The translations under genes and the position numbers were made by a program. Positions 18,414-27,438 of a stretch of DNA of 64,000 nucleotides are shown piece after piece. Every line of letters starts with the position of its first letter. Positions within the stretch are counted from its first letter, which is position 1. The notes beneath the pieces are model-generated. The model ran no database searches. It saw only the letters and a list, made by a program, of their open reading frames with translations, and was not told the DNA's origin. Location of the stretch: sequence record MW845759.1. One strand, written 5' to 3'.

Positions 18414-19295
18414 ATGTCTAAGGTCTATGATGGGAAACTCTCGACGCCAACCCTTAGCGCCATGCGTTTAGCAATGGCGTTGATGACCGGCTCGCTGATT
18501 AAGTACCCTGAAAAGTCAACCCTCAACGAGCACTTCAACCTGCTGACCAACCGTATCCCCGATGGAACGGAACGTGCCACGATGAAGTACATGTGTATCG
18601 GTAACCGCGGGCACATTGCCAAAGTGGAAACCGATGGCTTCACGGACTTCGTGCCGGTCGGTAAAGTGGCAAACGCCTCAGGCATGTTTAATGCCGTCCC
18701 GTTTGTCCTGCGTGAAATGGATAATGACCTGAGCGATGCACAGCGTAAAAACTACGCATTCCGTACTCAGGTGACCATTGCTGGCCGCAACTACTGGGCG
18801 TACTACCTCAAGCGTATCGATATGCGCACCGTGGAAACCAACGACTACCTGATTACCAAGCAAGGCTCAGTGCAGACGGTGGTTGACCATGTGTACACCG
18901 ATAACGAGCTCTTCCCGAAACCGATTGAGCTGCCGGACTATGATTACGACGACGATAATCGCGTTGAAATCCCGGATGGGAAGTACGTGACCTCGAATGC
19001 GGACATTAAGATTCTGTTCGATGAGTTCGATGTGCAGGAGTACATGAACGTCACCGCAATTATGCGTGGCTCTTCACGTTCTTCTGTTATCTCTGAAATC
19101 GCACTGTGTTCCGGTCTCGACGGTACCGCCACGGGCGAGTCTACCACTGGCTCCCCGTTCCCGTACGACGAAGCGCTGGGTGTGCAGGTGCTGTACTACA
19201 TCACGTTGTATAGCAACCTTGCCATCACCAACGAAAACCTGAACATGACGGTCAAAATTGGTCAGTCGTCTCCATTCTTTATCGGAGCTGTCTGA
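18414..19295 (+). CDS. virion structural protein (putative baseplate)
   Basis: MKYMCIGNRGH, PFVLR...NDL, YWAYYLKRID and ISEIALCSG motifs typical of a phiKZ-like structural family. Confidence 0.65.
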   Translation: MSKVYDGKLSTPTLSAMRLAMALMTGSLIKYPEKSTLNEHFNLLTNRIPDGTERATMKYMCIGNRGHIAKVETDGFTDFVPVGKVANASGMFNAVPFVLREMDNDLSDAQRKNYAFRTQVTIAGRNYWAYYLKRIDMRTVETNDYLITKQGSVQTVVDHVYTDNELFPKPIELPDYDYDDDNRVEIPDGKYVTSNADIKILFDEFDVQEYMNVTAIMRGSSRSSVISEIALCSGLDGTATGESTTGSPFPYDEALGVQVLYYITLYSNLAITNENLNMTVKIGQSSPFFIGAV

Positions 19296-19960
19296 TGCTA
19301 ATCCCCGCTCCACGCAAACCAGATACCATGGTGCGTATTGTTGGGGTTGACCCCGGCACCTCACACCTTGGCCTTGCTGTTCTGGACTGGGAGTGGGGTA
19401 CCGACCAAGCCGAAGTGGTTTGGGCCAGTACGGTTCATGTGAAAGATGCCACCCACGAATCCGACTTCACTGAAAGTTGTGGGAAACGTGATAAACGGAT
19501 GGAGCAGTTGGAGGCAGCGTGGGAGGAGTTCTTAGAGCTCGTCGGCGGTACGTTCTTCATTACTGAAACCCCGTTTATGTTGCGCAGTAAGTTAAGCGCT
19601 TATGAGTCCGGAGTCGAGTTACAGAAAATGCTTAGGACGGGACTGTGGAAGAAACATCCGCAGAAAGTCCTGCACGGCATTAACCCGATAATGGTCAAGT
19701 CTTTTGTAGGTGTAGTGGCAAAAGGGACAACCAAAGAAGACATGGCAGCAGCTGTACAAAAGCTGTACGCCAATCACACTTTGATTGACCTCTCAGTATT
19801 GGACGAACACTCGATAGATGGCATAGCAGTGGCGAACTACTTTATTCGTTCCTCACTGCTCAATCTGAACACCCTCCTACCGCCAAAGGAAAAGAAACCG
19901 GACAGCGGAGTAGGCGGGAAAAAGAAACGCTTTAAACGTTTCAGGAGAAAGAAAAAATGA
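19295..19960 (+). CDS. ruvC: Holliday junction resolvase RuvC-like
   Basis: IVGVDPGTSHLG (motif I), ITETPF, and DEHSIDGIAVA (C-terminal acidic residues). Confidence 0.85.
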   Translation: MLIPAPRKPDTMVRIVGVDPGTSHLGLAVLDWEWGTDQAEVVWASTVHVKDATHESDFTESCGKRDKRMEQLEAAWEEFLELVGGTFFITETPFMLRSKLSAYESGVELQKMLRTGLWKKHPQKVLHGINPIMVKSFVGVVAKGTTKEDMAAAVQKLYANHTLIDLSVLDEHSIDGIAVANYFIRSSLLNLNTLLPPKEKKPDSGVGGKKKRFKRFRRKKK

Positions 19961-20544
19961 GTGCAGCAGCTGAGGCCGTGAAGACTGTAAGTGCTCCCTC
20001 TGCCCACGACGTCGTCGGGCCGATTTTGGATATTCTGATTCAGGCAGGGTCTGCAAAGATTGCTAACGATGAAGATGCCAAAAAAGTGCTGGACGCGGCA
20101 AAGGAATCGCTCGGCGTAACGGTCGACATTAACCAGCCGGCGGATATTATCCTCGGTAGTCTACGCCCGATGATTGTGGGCACGGTTGGACAGATGTCCG
20201 ACGTGTTTGCAAACAAGGCTGCGACCGCCGTGGATAACCTCAACGAAATCTACGGCAAGGAAACCCTGCTGACGATTTACCCGACGCTCCAGTTCGCGCA
20301 GAAGCTGCTGATTTGGCTGTTCTTCTTAGTGAGCTGTGGTGTATCGGCAGCGTTGACGCTGGACTTTCTCAAGGCACCTGCTTACGATTACTTCGACCTT
20401 ATCTTTGCTGCAGGTTGGCCGGTACTTGCCGGGTTCGCGTTCTGTACGTGGCCTATCAAATCACTGGCATTAACCTCGCTGCAGATTGGTTCGAAAGCGT
20501 TGGCGGTGAAACTCGAGCGCAGTGCTAAAAAGACCAAGGTCTAA
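19957..20544 (+). CDS. membrane protein with two C-terminal TM helices
   Basis: Two hydrophobic segments near the C-terminus; start overlaps the ruvC stop. Confidence 0.75.
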   Translation: MSAAAEAVKTVSAPSAHDVVGPILDILIQAGSAKIANDEDAKKVLDAAKESLGVTVDINQPADIILGSLRPMIVGTVGQMSDVFANKAATAVDNLNEIYGKETLLTIYPTLQFAQKLLIWLFFLVSCGVSAALTLDFLKAPAYDYFDLIFAAGWPVLAGFAFCTWPIKSLALTSLQIGSKALAVKLERSAKKTKV

Positions 20545-20550
20545 TAAGTC

Positions 20551-20585
20551 GGTCAGTCACTTCGGTGGCTGGCCCTTTTATTTTT
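20551..20585 (+). terminator. intrinsic terminator (UUCG loop)
   Basis: ggtcagtcac-ttcg-gtggctggcc plus T tract. Confidence 0.8.
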
Positions 20586-20628
20586 AAACATCATTGTGCA
20601 TTTATGTGTAAAATTAATGAGGTGAACT

Positions 20629-21225
20629 ATGGACATTCGTATTGTTTATCGGGATATTCTGATTCCTGTGCGCGGCTTAAAGAAGTCGATTCCTACCGGG
20701 CGCAAGTACCGTATCACTGAAGAAAAAAAAGAAGAAATTATTCTGGCCGCGTTTCGCGATTGGTTCACCATTAAACGACGCTGCCAGCATGCTGACGAAC
20801 CGAGTAACCCATTACCGACGAGCATGCTCAATGTCGTGCTGGGTCATCTGCCGTACACCGCAGAAGAACGGAAATACATTGAGGGACAACTCCCTATCGA
20901 GATTGAGAAAATCCTCAACAGTATGCACATGGAAACTGTTGACTTCGGTGGCGGCTTTACCTGTGCCTTCTGGGGCGAGAACGCCTACTCCTTACGCTTC
21001 ACCCGCAACTGTGTCGTCTTCCGCTTCCCTCGCGTGTATCGCGATTATAAACTGATGACCGCAAATGCCTATATTGATGAATGTATCAAACGGGTGTCGC
21101 TGCGCTTGAAAATGTCGGATATGTTTATCCGCAAAGAGACTGCTAATCTGACGTGTACCGATTTACTCAAACCGGATACGGTGGACATGCTTACCACGCT
21201 ACTTCGTGAGCGCTTCGATAAATAA
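20629..21225 (+). CDS. hypothetical protein, 198 aa
   Basis: GAGGTG RBS. Confidence 0.8.
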   Translation: MDIRIVYRDILIPVRGLKKSIPTGRKYRITEEKKEEIILAAFRDWFTIKRRCQHADEPSNPLPTSMLNVVLGHLPYTAEERKYIEGQLPIEIEKILNSMHMETVDFGGGFTCAFWGENAYSLRFTRNCVVFRFPRVYRDYKLMTANAYIDECIKRVSLRLKMSDMFIRKETANLTCTDLLKPDTVDMLTTLLRERFDK

Positions 21226-21233
21226 GGGCCATC

Positions 21234-21710
21234 ATGTACCTGATAGATGTAGAACGCGATAAAATCCCAGCGGGAATCTTCCCCGGTTTGAACGAATGGC
21301 TCGATGATACCAACTCAGTGCGCACAAACCCGGTAACGTTTACGTTGGCGGTGGAAGATGATGTCGCGGTGGGTGTCTGCATTCACGAGCCCGGCCATCT
21401 GTTGTATCTGGCGATTGCCAAGGATGAACGCCGTCAGGGTTACGGCACGAAATTATTGAAGAATGCGTTGGGCACATTTAACGGCCCTACATGGCTTCGT
21501 ATCGACCCCAAAAATACCGAAGGGGTTTGCTTCTTCTCATCTCATGGCGCTATTATAGACCGTGTACACGTCGCAGAAGAAGGTGCTGTGTATCATCGTA
21601 TGGTACTTGGTACCAAATCGAAACGTGTAATCCCGCCAGAGGAGACTTCTTTACTTCATTATTTAGCTAACACACCTGTGTTCGTTTCGGTGGCGGGTAA
21701 GATCGTATAA
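21234..21710 (+). CDS. GNAT family N-acetyltransferase
   Basis: Acetyl-CoA motif A IAKDERRQGYGTKLL and motif B NTEGVCFFSSHG. Confidence 0.75.
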   Translation: MYLIDVERDKIPAGIFPGLNEWLDDTNSVRTNPVTFTLAVEDDVAVGVCIHEPGHLLYLAIAKDERRQGYGTKLLKNALGTFNGPTWLRIDPKNTEGVCFFSSHGAIIDRVHVAEEGAVYHRMVLGTKSKRVIPPEETSLLHYLANTPVFVSVAGKIV

Positions 21711-21734
21711 TTTACCCCTGGGAGCGATGTAACT

Positions 21735-22259
21735 ATGAAACGTGTTGTCTATGAAAAATGGATTTCAAGCGAAGACGGGCCGAAAAAAGTCCGTAGTGTG
21801 GATGTAGTCCCGACTTACGAAGTCAATGAGGCGGCATCTACCCTACGCGGGTCGACTGTGCTATTTCTAAGCGTGCGGAGTGTTGAACTGAAGTTGCCTC
21901 AACAACCACGTTCAACCGCCAAATACTCAGGGCCACAGTTTGAACCTTTGCGACAGCACCTTTACCGGCATTATCGGAGGTCTTCTTGGCGCGCATGTGT
22001 TGAGTTACTTATCGATGAGCTAATAGTTGATTTGGAGTGGGACAGAGTCGTCGCCCAAGCAGGTTACGACCAGATCCCATTTTCAATTCGCTGGAATAAA
22101 TTTAAGGAGACCTACTACAAGGAATTGTACTGGTCACCGAATACTCGCAATATGATGGCCCGTTTAGAAACCATGCCTTGGCTGCAACCTTACCTTAATC
22201 AGAAAACTTGTCATAATGCGAATGTACTAATGTCAGCCCCGCCTACTGTCCCGGTTTAA
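21735..22259 (+). CDS. hypothetical protein, 174 aa
   Basis: GGGAG RBS. Confidence 0.7.
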   Translation: MKRVVYEKWISSEDGPKKVRSVDVVPTYEVNEAASTLRGSTVLFLSVRSVELKLPQQPRSTAKYSGPQFEPLRQHLYRHYRRSSWRACVELLIDELIVDLEWDRVVAQAGYDQIPFSIRWNKFKETYYKELYWSPNTRNMMARLETMPWLQPYLNQKTCHNANVLMSAPPTVPV

Positions 22260-22282
22260 TATGACCGTCGTTTACCGGGAGA

Positions 22283-22963
22283 ATGGTTATGTCAAAAGAG
22301 CTCTACACTCTCATTCAAGAACGAATGAAGAAAGACCTCGTCTACACCGCGAAAGTTGACGGTGTATGGGGTGGCGGAAGTGAACGCGCTTTTGCAGCGG
22401 GTCTCGCACGGGGTATCGATTATGCCGATGGTCTGTTTGACATCGCGTGGTCGGCAAAAGTATCCCCTGAGTTTGTCCGCAAAGTAAAAGGGATTGCACA
22501 ACAGCTACAACTTACTAAAAAGGGTCCGGACGAGATGATGGGCTGCATGGCGTTCGAAACCGGTGAGACATTTAGTCCTACCATTCGAAACGGTGCAGGC
22601 GCGCCGTATTACGGTATCATTCAGTTCGGCGAAGACGCGGCGAAAGATGCAGGTACCACGTTATCTGCTCTGCTGAAGATGTCCGCTGAAGAACAGCTCG
22701 ACTACGTGTACCGTTTCTTTAAACCGTACACCGGTAAGCTGCACGACATCAGCGACATCTACATGCGTATTCTGTGGCCAGCGGCCGTCGGTAAGCCGAT
22801 TAACTCTACCCTTTGGGATCAGAAGACTCGACCTACCACGTACGCACAGAACAAAGGTCTTGACTTGAACTTCGATAAAGTCATTACCAAAGCTGAAGCC
22901 ACTGCCAAAGTGCAAGAGAAACTTAATCGCGGGATGTCTCCGCTTTTTCGTCGGCCGTTATAA
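22283..22963 (+). CDS. endolysin (lysozyme-like/SLT fold) with a short N-terminal PG-binding-like segment
   Basis: VDGVWGGGS; catalytic Glu in MAFETGETFSP; GIIQFG; SAEEQLDYV. Confidence 0.8.
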   Translation: MVMSKELYTLIQERMKKDLVYTAKVDGVWGGGSERAFAAGLARGIDYADGLFDIAWSAKVSPEFVRKVKGIAQQLQLTKKGPDEMMGCMAFETGETFSPTIRNGAGAPYYGIIQFGEDAAKDAGTTLSALLKMSAEEQLDYVYRFFKPYTGKLHDISDIYMRILWPAAVGKPINSTLWDQKTRPTTYAQNKGLDLNFDKVITKAEATAKVQEKLNRGMSPLFRRPL

Positions 22964-22971
22964 GCGTTTTA

Positions 22972-23000
22972 ATAAGGGGGCTTCGGCCCCCTTATTTTTT
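22972..23000 (+). terminator. intrinsic terminator (UUCG loop)
   Basis: ataaggggg-cttcgg-cccccttat plus T tract. Confidence 0.8.
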
Positions 23001-23037
23001 CGTCTCAATTACTATGTAGGGGCGAAGGAGCACAAAG

Positions 23038-23568
23038 ATGAGTTACGTTATTAATTTTGCAACAATGCACGACACGTCGCTCTTAGAGAAAATCAATGAT
23101 ATCAACGCCGCCAGCGTAGGCCGAAAGCTGAAAGTGGAAGATATCGAAATCGTCGAATTAAGCAAACTGCCTTCCGGGGCGTTTAGCGTAGAGTTAATCA
23201 ACCGCGAAGACTTAACGGATACCGTGGTCGTCTCGCATGAGAAACTTGACTTGGCCGATTTTCTCAAGCACGAGCTTGCAGATTTGACCTGGTGGAATCC
23301 TGACAACTTTGATGCAGCGCGCGATACCGCAGCCGCGTCGTTGATGTTTAATAATGCACTTATTAAAGCTGGCATTATTGCAGCGAAAGCGTGGGAAGTC
23401 GGTAGTGGACAAATGAGTATTGTCTACGACGCACCCACTGCACAGTACACCATGGTCTTTACCTGCACTTCACATGTGTGGAAAGAGTACCGCTTTGATT
23501 TACCACGCAGCTTTGCAAGCGTCTTTAATCAGCAAATCCTGCCCGGTTTCACTGCGGCGAACGTGTAA
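23038..23568 (+). CDS. hypothetical protein (possibly virion)
   Basis: AAGGAG RBS; a TATG late-promoter candidate at 23013. Confidence 0.75.
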   Translation: MSYVINFATMHDTSLLEKINDINAASVGRKLKVEDIEIVELSKLPSGAFSVELINREDLTDTVVVSHEKLDLADFLKHELADLTWWNPDNFDAARDTAAASLMFNNALIKAGIIAAKAWEVGSGQMSIVYDAPTAQYTMVFTCTSHVWKEYRFDLPRSFASVFNQQILPGFTAANV

Positions 23569-23574
23569 GAATTG

Positions 23575-23614
23575 AGAGAGTATCTTCGGATACTCTCTTT
23601 TTCTTTTATTTTTT
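23575..23614 (+). terminator. intrinsic terminator (UUCG loop)
   Basis: agagagtatc-ttcg-gatactctct plus T tract. Confidence 0.8.
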
Positions 23615-23643
23615 ACAACAGATACGCTTGATATAGACGAGCA

Positions 23644-24255
23644 ATGAGGGAAGGTCCAATGGGAGCCGCAATCCGGATAGCTATTATAGGTTCAAGAAAA
23701 ACTGACGGGGAAACCATGTCAGTAATGGGGAAGGTCATGGCGGCGATGATTCGTAAAGCCGTCAGTATGGAGATACCCATTGAAATCGTATCCGGAGCTT
23801 GTGCGGAAGGACCTGACCAAGTACAACTCATGTTATCGCGCATATTCGACGACGAGTTAGTTACGTTCACTGCTTATCTACCAGACGATAAAAAGCTTTG
23901 GCTTTCTAAAGTCTATCCAAGGGTTAAGTTTGTCGTGGGAACTGATGATGAGCACCACCGTGCGATAGTCGCAGAACTACATCCAGCCCCAGACAACTTA
24001 AAAGAGTATGCTTACAAACTACACGGGAGGAACTTAGAAATAATAGCCGGCGAGTGTTTAGGGGACCTTGTCGATGCGGTATATTTTTCAGCGCCTGAGA
24101 ACCAGAAGGGACTTGTTTCGGGCGGCACAGCAATGGGGGTATCGTACGCGCGTCAGCGTGACGTCCCTACATTCAATGCATCAACACCTGACGGAACTGA
24201 TGCTTTTATTAGACATGTGCGTACTCTCCTCCGTAATTACTCACGGAAAGAGTGA
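23644..24255 (+). CDS. SLOG/DprA-Smf-like Rossmann-fold protein
   Basis: IAIIGSRK, IVSGACAEGPD, HGRN and SGGTAMGVSYA motifs. Confidence 0.7.
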   Translation: MREGPMGAAIRIAIIGSRKTDGETMSVMGKVMAAMIRKAVSMEIPIEIVSGACAEGPDQVQLMLSRIFDDELVTFTAYLPDDKKLWLSKVYPRVKFVVGTDDEHHRAIVAELHPAPDNLKEYAYKLHGRNLEIIAGECLGDLVDAVYFSAPENQKGLVSGGTAMGVSYARQRDVPTFNASTPDGTDAFIRHVRTLLRNYSRKE

Positions 24256-24314
24256 TTGTCAGAACGGAGTTACGGTAGGTTGAGTTAGCAGTAAAAAACC
24301 CACTGGGGGTTACT

Positions 24315-25562
24315 ATGCTTTCCATCAGCAACGCGAATCTGGAGATGATTCGTCGCTTTTGTACTGTAGAGACAGCAATACACACGTGCCCTGACACGGT
24401 ATTAGACCTCGATAAAAACGTGGTCTTAGAGATGCTTGCCACTAACGAGATTTCTAAGGAAGTGGCATTGCGTGCAGCGTATGTTTTAGGATGCACTTTG
24501 GGAACGGTTCGGGACATGACTCTGTTGGAGCGTATTGCTTCGCTAAGTAACCCCGCCTACGCAAAGAGCTGGTATAGCATGAGGGACTACTGGTCCAGAC
24601 TGCTTTATTGTAACCCAGAAAATTCCGACCTATTGTCTGTAGTGTTGCGTCACCTGAGTCCCGATGACATCAGGCGGCACGATTACAGCCAAGAACGTTA
24701 TTTGGCAGCGAAGGTTCCCTTTATCGGTGAAATTGCCGAAGCACCTTCCAGTGTGCAGACCCGCTATGCTCAACCCCGATTTGAACCTAATGATCCGGTG
24801 TTGGCAGAATGGCGTCGTCGACTCACTCCTGCTATGGCCACTAAATTGTTTGAAAGTACCGGCTGGGATATCTTTAACCCGGTGTCGGACGATTACATCA
24901 TGGTGCAAACCACTGATGAACAAACAGAGCTGCTGTTAGACTCTGATAAACCTCTGCCCGTGGTGGTATCACGTGGACGCTGGACCCGAGGTAACATTGA
25001 ACGCATCTTGACTCGAATTGAAGAGTCGCCTGCGCGAGATGGGTTAATGATTATCCTTTACGAACGCGTCTGTGAACTTTGGGGAGACACTTCTGTATTG
25101 TCGAAACTGGTCCGCGACCACCTTCGGTACGCTGCCATTATGGACGCTGATCATGTACAGAAGATTTACACCACCGACTGGCATTGTTGTGTGCCGCCGA
25201 TCCATTACTACTTGGTGAATGCCAACTATTTGGACTTGCGTCGCTTGATTGAAACCAACTTCAATGCCCGGGTAACCATTTTTGACATCATCAGGCACGC
25301 CACTCCCGAAGCGATTCGCGCTATCAGTGTAGAAGCTGTGCGTTGGCTTGCGGAGTACCACCCGCACGATTACAAAGGCATGCGGAATGTTCTGAATGTC
25401 ATTGCGAACCATACAACTTCTGTTGCATGGGACAGCGATACAGCAGAAATCGTCATGCGCGGTATGCGGCGTACCTACACGAAGAAACTGATTCTCCAGT
25501 TTATTCTGATGTCCACCTTCCCACACGAGCTGAAAGACGAACTCGTAAAATTACCATGTTAA
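24315..25562 (+). CDS. hypothetical protein, 415 aa
   Basis: Long ORF, helical composition, no recognised motif. Confidence 0.8.
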   Translation: MLSISNANLEMIRRFCTVETAIHTCPDTVLDLDKNVVLEMLATNEISKEVALRAAYVLGCTLGTVRDMTLLERIASLSNPAYAKSWYSMRDYWSRLLYCNPENSDLLSVVLRHLSPDDIRRHDYSQERYLAAKVPFIGEIAEAPSSVQTRYAQPRFEPNDPVLAEWRRRLTPAMATKLFESTGWDIFNPVSDDYIMVQTTDEQTELLLDSDKPLPVVVSRGRWTRGNIERILTRIEESPARDGLMIILYERVCELWGDTSVLSKLVRDHLRYAAIMDADHVQKIYTTDWHCCVPPIHYYLVNANYLDLRRLIETNFNARVTIFDIIRHATPEAIRAISVEAVRWLAEYHPHDYKGMRNVLNVIANHTTSVAWDSDTAEIVMRGMRRTYTKKLILQFILMSTFPHELKDELVKLPC

Positions 25563-25607
25563 CAAACTTTCCTCTTGGTATGGTTAAATCGCCTAGGAGA
25601 GAAAGGT

Positions 25608-25880
25608 ATGAAAGCTTCACTGGTTAATGTGGGTCTGGCAGTGCTTAAGCTGCTATCATTAGTAAAGCGTCCCAAACCCGTGGCCCGTCATGCGCCGTGG
25701 GAGGGTTCTGAGGAAGACTTCTTTGACAAAATGCTCAATGAAGGTACGTACGCGGTTACCGACAACACTGCACGCGCGGTGGTTACCACGTATCACGACA
25801 AAGAGACTCACGAACAGCTGGGAATGGCTATTCGCTGGCCTAACCGTCATCTCTACTTCGAAACTATCCGGAAGGGATGA
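25608..25880 (+). CDS. hypothetical protein
   Basis: AGGAG/AAGG RBS before ATG 25608. Confidence 0.65.
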   Translation: MKASLVNVGLAVLKLLSLVKRPKPVARHAPWEGSEEDFFDKMLNEGTYAVTDNTARAVVTTYHDKETHEQLGMAIRWPNRHLYFETIRKG

Positions 25881-26022
25881 GGTAATGGCACCCAAGGCCC
25901 CGTATTAACATGACGTTAGTGCGGGGCTTTATCCTAAAACAACTTATCTCCCTTATTGTGAGCAGTACAAATCTCTCTTACCGTCGGTAAGATATTTTGA
26001 CTACAACAGTAAGGTGCGTGCT

Positions 26023-26778
26023 ATGGGACGTGAAAAGCAACAACGTGCAGGTCGTAAGAACCGTCAGCCTTCTGCCAAAGGTCAGGTGATTCAATTCCCT
26101 GAGCAAGAGCTTGATGAATCTTTGCCACAGTCAAAACGCGATACCAGTCCGATCGAGCCACGCAATCAGAGTCAGCAGCTCTACGCGCTCGCTCTGGAAA
26201 CCAAGCAACTTATCTTCTCCACAGGGGAAGCCGGGTGCGGCAAGACATTCATGGGCACCGCCTTCGCAGTAGAACGCTTACTGGCCAAAGATGTCGACCG
26301 TATCATCATCACTCGCCCCGTCCTCTCCGCAGACGAAGACCTAGGCTTCCTGCCGGGTGATGTGTCCGAGAAGTTCGCACCATACTTCCGTCCTGTGTAC
26401 GACGTGCTCTTAAAACGTCTGGGCAGCCGTTACTTACAATACTGCCTCAAACCGGGTATAGACAAGGTCGAGATAGCTCCCTTCGCCTATATGCGTGGCC
26501 GCAACTTTGAGAACGCGGTCGTTATTTTAGATGAAGCTCAGAACACCACTGCTCAGCAGATGAAGCTCTTCCTGACCCGTATTGGGGAGAACTGTATCGT
26601 TATCGTTAACGGTGACGTCACTCAGTGCGACTTACCTCATGGGGTGAAGTCAGGACTGGCCGACGCATTAACCCGTTTCGAAGAAGACGACTTAGTAGGC
26701 ATCGTTCGTTTTACGAAAGATGACTGTGTGCGCTCTGCGCTTTGTCAACGTGCGTTGTATGCGTACGGTGATGAGTAA
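26023..26778 (+). CDS. phoH: PhoH-like ATPase
   Basis: GEAGCGKT Walker A, LGFLPG, AYMRGR, ILDEAQN and GDVTQCDL motifs. Confidence 0.95.
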   Translation: MGREKQQRAGRKNRQPSAKGQVIQFPEQELDESLPQSKRDTSPIEPRNQSQQLYALALETKQLIFSTGEAGCGKTFMGTAFAVERLLAKDVDRIIITRPVLSADEDLGFLPGDVSEKFAPYFRPVYDVLLKRLGSRYLQYCLKPGIDKVEIAPFAYMRGRNFENAVVILDEAQNTTAQQMKLFLTRIGENCIVIVNGDVTQCDLPHGVKSGLADALTRFEEDDLVGIVRFTKDDCVRSALCQRALYAYGDE

Positions 26779-26781
26779 GAA

Positions 26782-26815
26782 GCAGGGGGCAAATAGCCCC
26801 CTGCCCTTTTATTTT
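26782..26815 (+). terminator. intrinsic terminator
   Basis: gcaggggg-caaatag-ccccctgc plus T tract. Confidence 0.8.
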
Positions 26816-26826
26816 GTCAGTTTGCG

Positions 26827-26863
26827 AACGAAAATAATCTCAGATATATATTACTTTAGTGAA
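26827..26863 (+). promoter_or_regulatory. putative early (virion RNAP) promoter
   Basis: aacgaaaataatctcagatatatattactttagtgaa; an 18-nt core (tcagatatatattacttt) identical to the 1229 copy. Confidence 0.75.
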
Positions 26864-26908
26864 TGACAACGGTTATTCATTCTATTATCTATCGTGGAGA
26901 TTTCAATT

Positions 26909-27385
26909 ATGTTCAGCATTCAATCCTTTGACTTCGCTTCTGTTTGTGACATCATCCGTAACGACGGCTTCTATGCCAAGCAATCTGATGGGCTGCCAAA
27001 GAACATGTCTTTGCTGGAGAAAGCAACTCCTCAGCAGCTGACTTCCTTTGCAGTCTATCGCACCGGTATCAAAGAAGAACTCACCCCGTTCATGCCAGCC
27101 ATGAACATTATCCCATCGCCACTGAAAAAGTATCAGGCGCTGGTTGTGGTTGACCGCGGCGATAAAACCTTCATCGAAACAATGGATGGTTTTAAAGTGG
27201 CCAAGGTTTCTCGTACTGAGCACGGTACCAATGAGCCCGTTCTGAATCACGGTAAAAGCATCATCATCAACCTTTCTGAACACAGCATCACGCTGAACTT
27301 CTTCGCCATGTTCTTTATGGCTTTCTGGGCCGCCTATCAGGAAAACAAAAAGAACGCGATGCTGAAACGCCTGTTCCGTAAGTAG
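26909..27385 (+). CDS. hypothetical early protein
   Basis: GGAG RBS; directly downstream of the early promoter. Confidence 0.8.
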   Translation: MFSIQSFDFASVCDIIRNDGFYAKQSDGLPKNMSLLEKATPQQLTSFAVYRTGIKEELTPFMPAMNIIPSPLKKYQALVVVDRGDKTFIETMDGFKVAKVSRTEHGTNEPVLNHGKSIIINLSEHSITLNFFAMFFMAFWAAYQENKKNAMLKRLFRK

Positions 27386-27438
27386 TCGTACCTGTAGTAA
27401 ACCGTTGTAAAACAATTTAAATAAATCTGGAGCTAATC

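Noticed and set aside
19295-19960. RuvC as a TnpB/Cas12-type effector
   Set aside because: Only 221 aa with the canonical resolvase layout, no zinc-finger or REC lobe, and no adjacent array or IS ends
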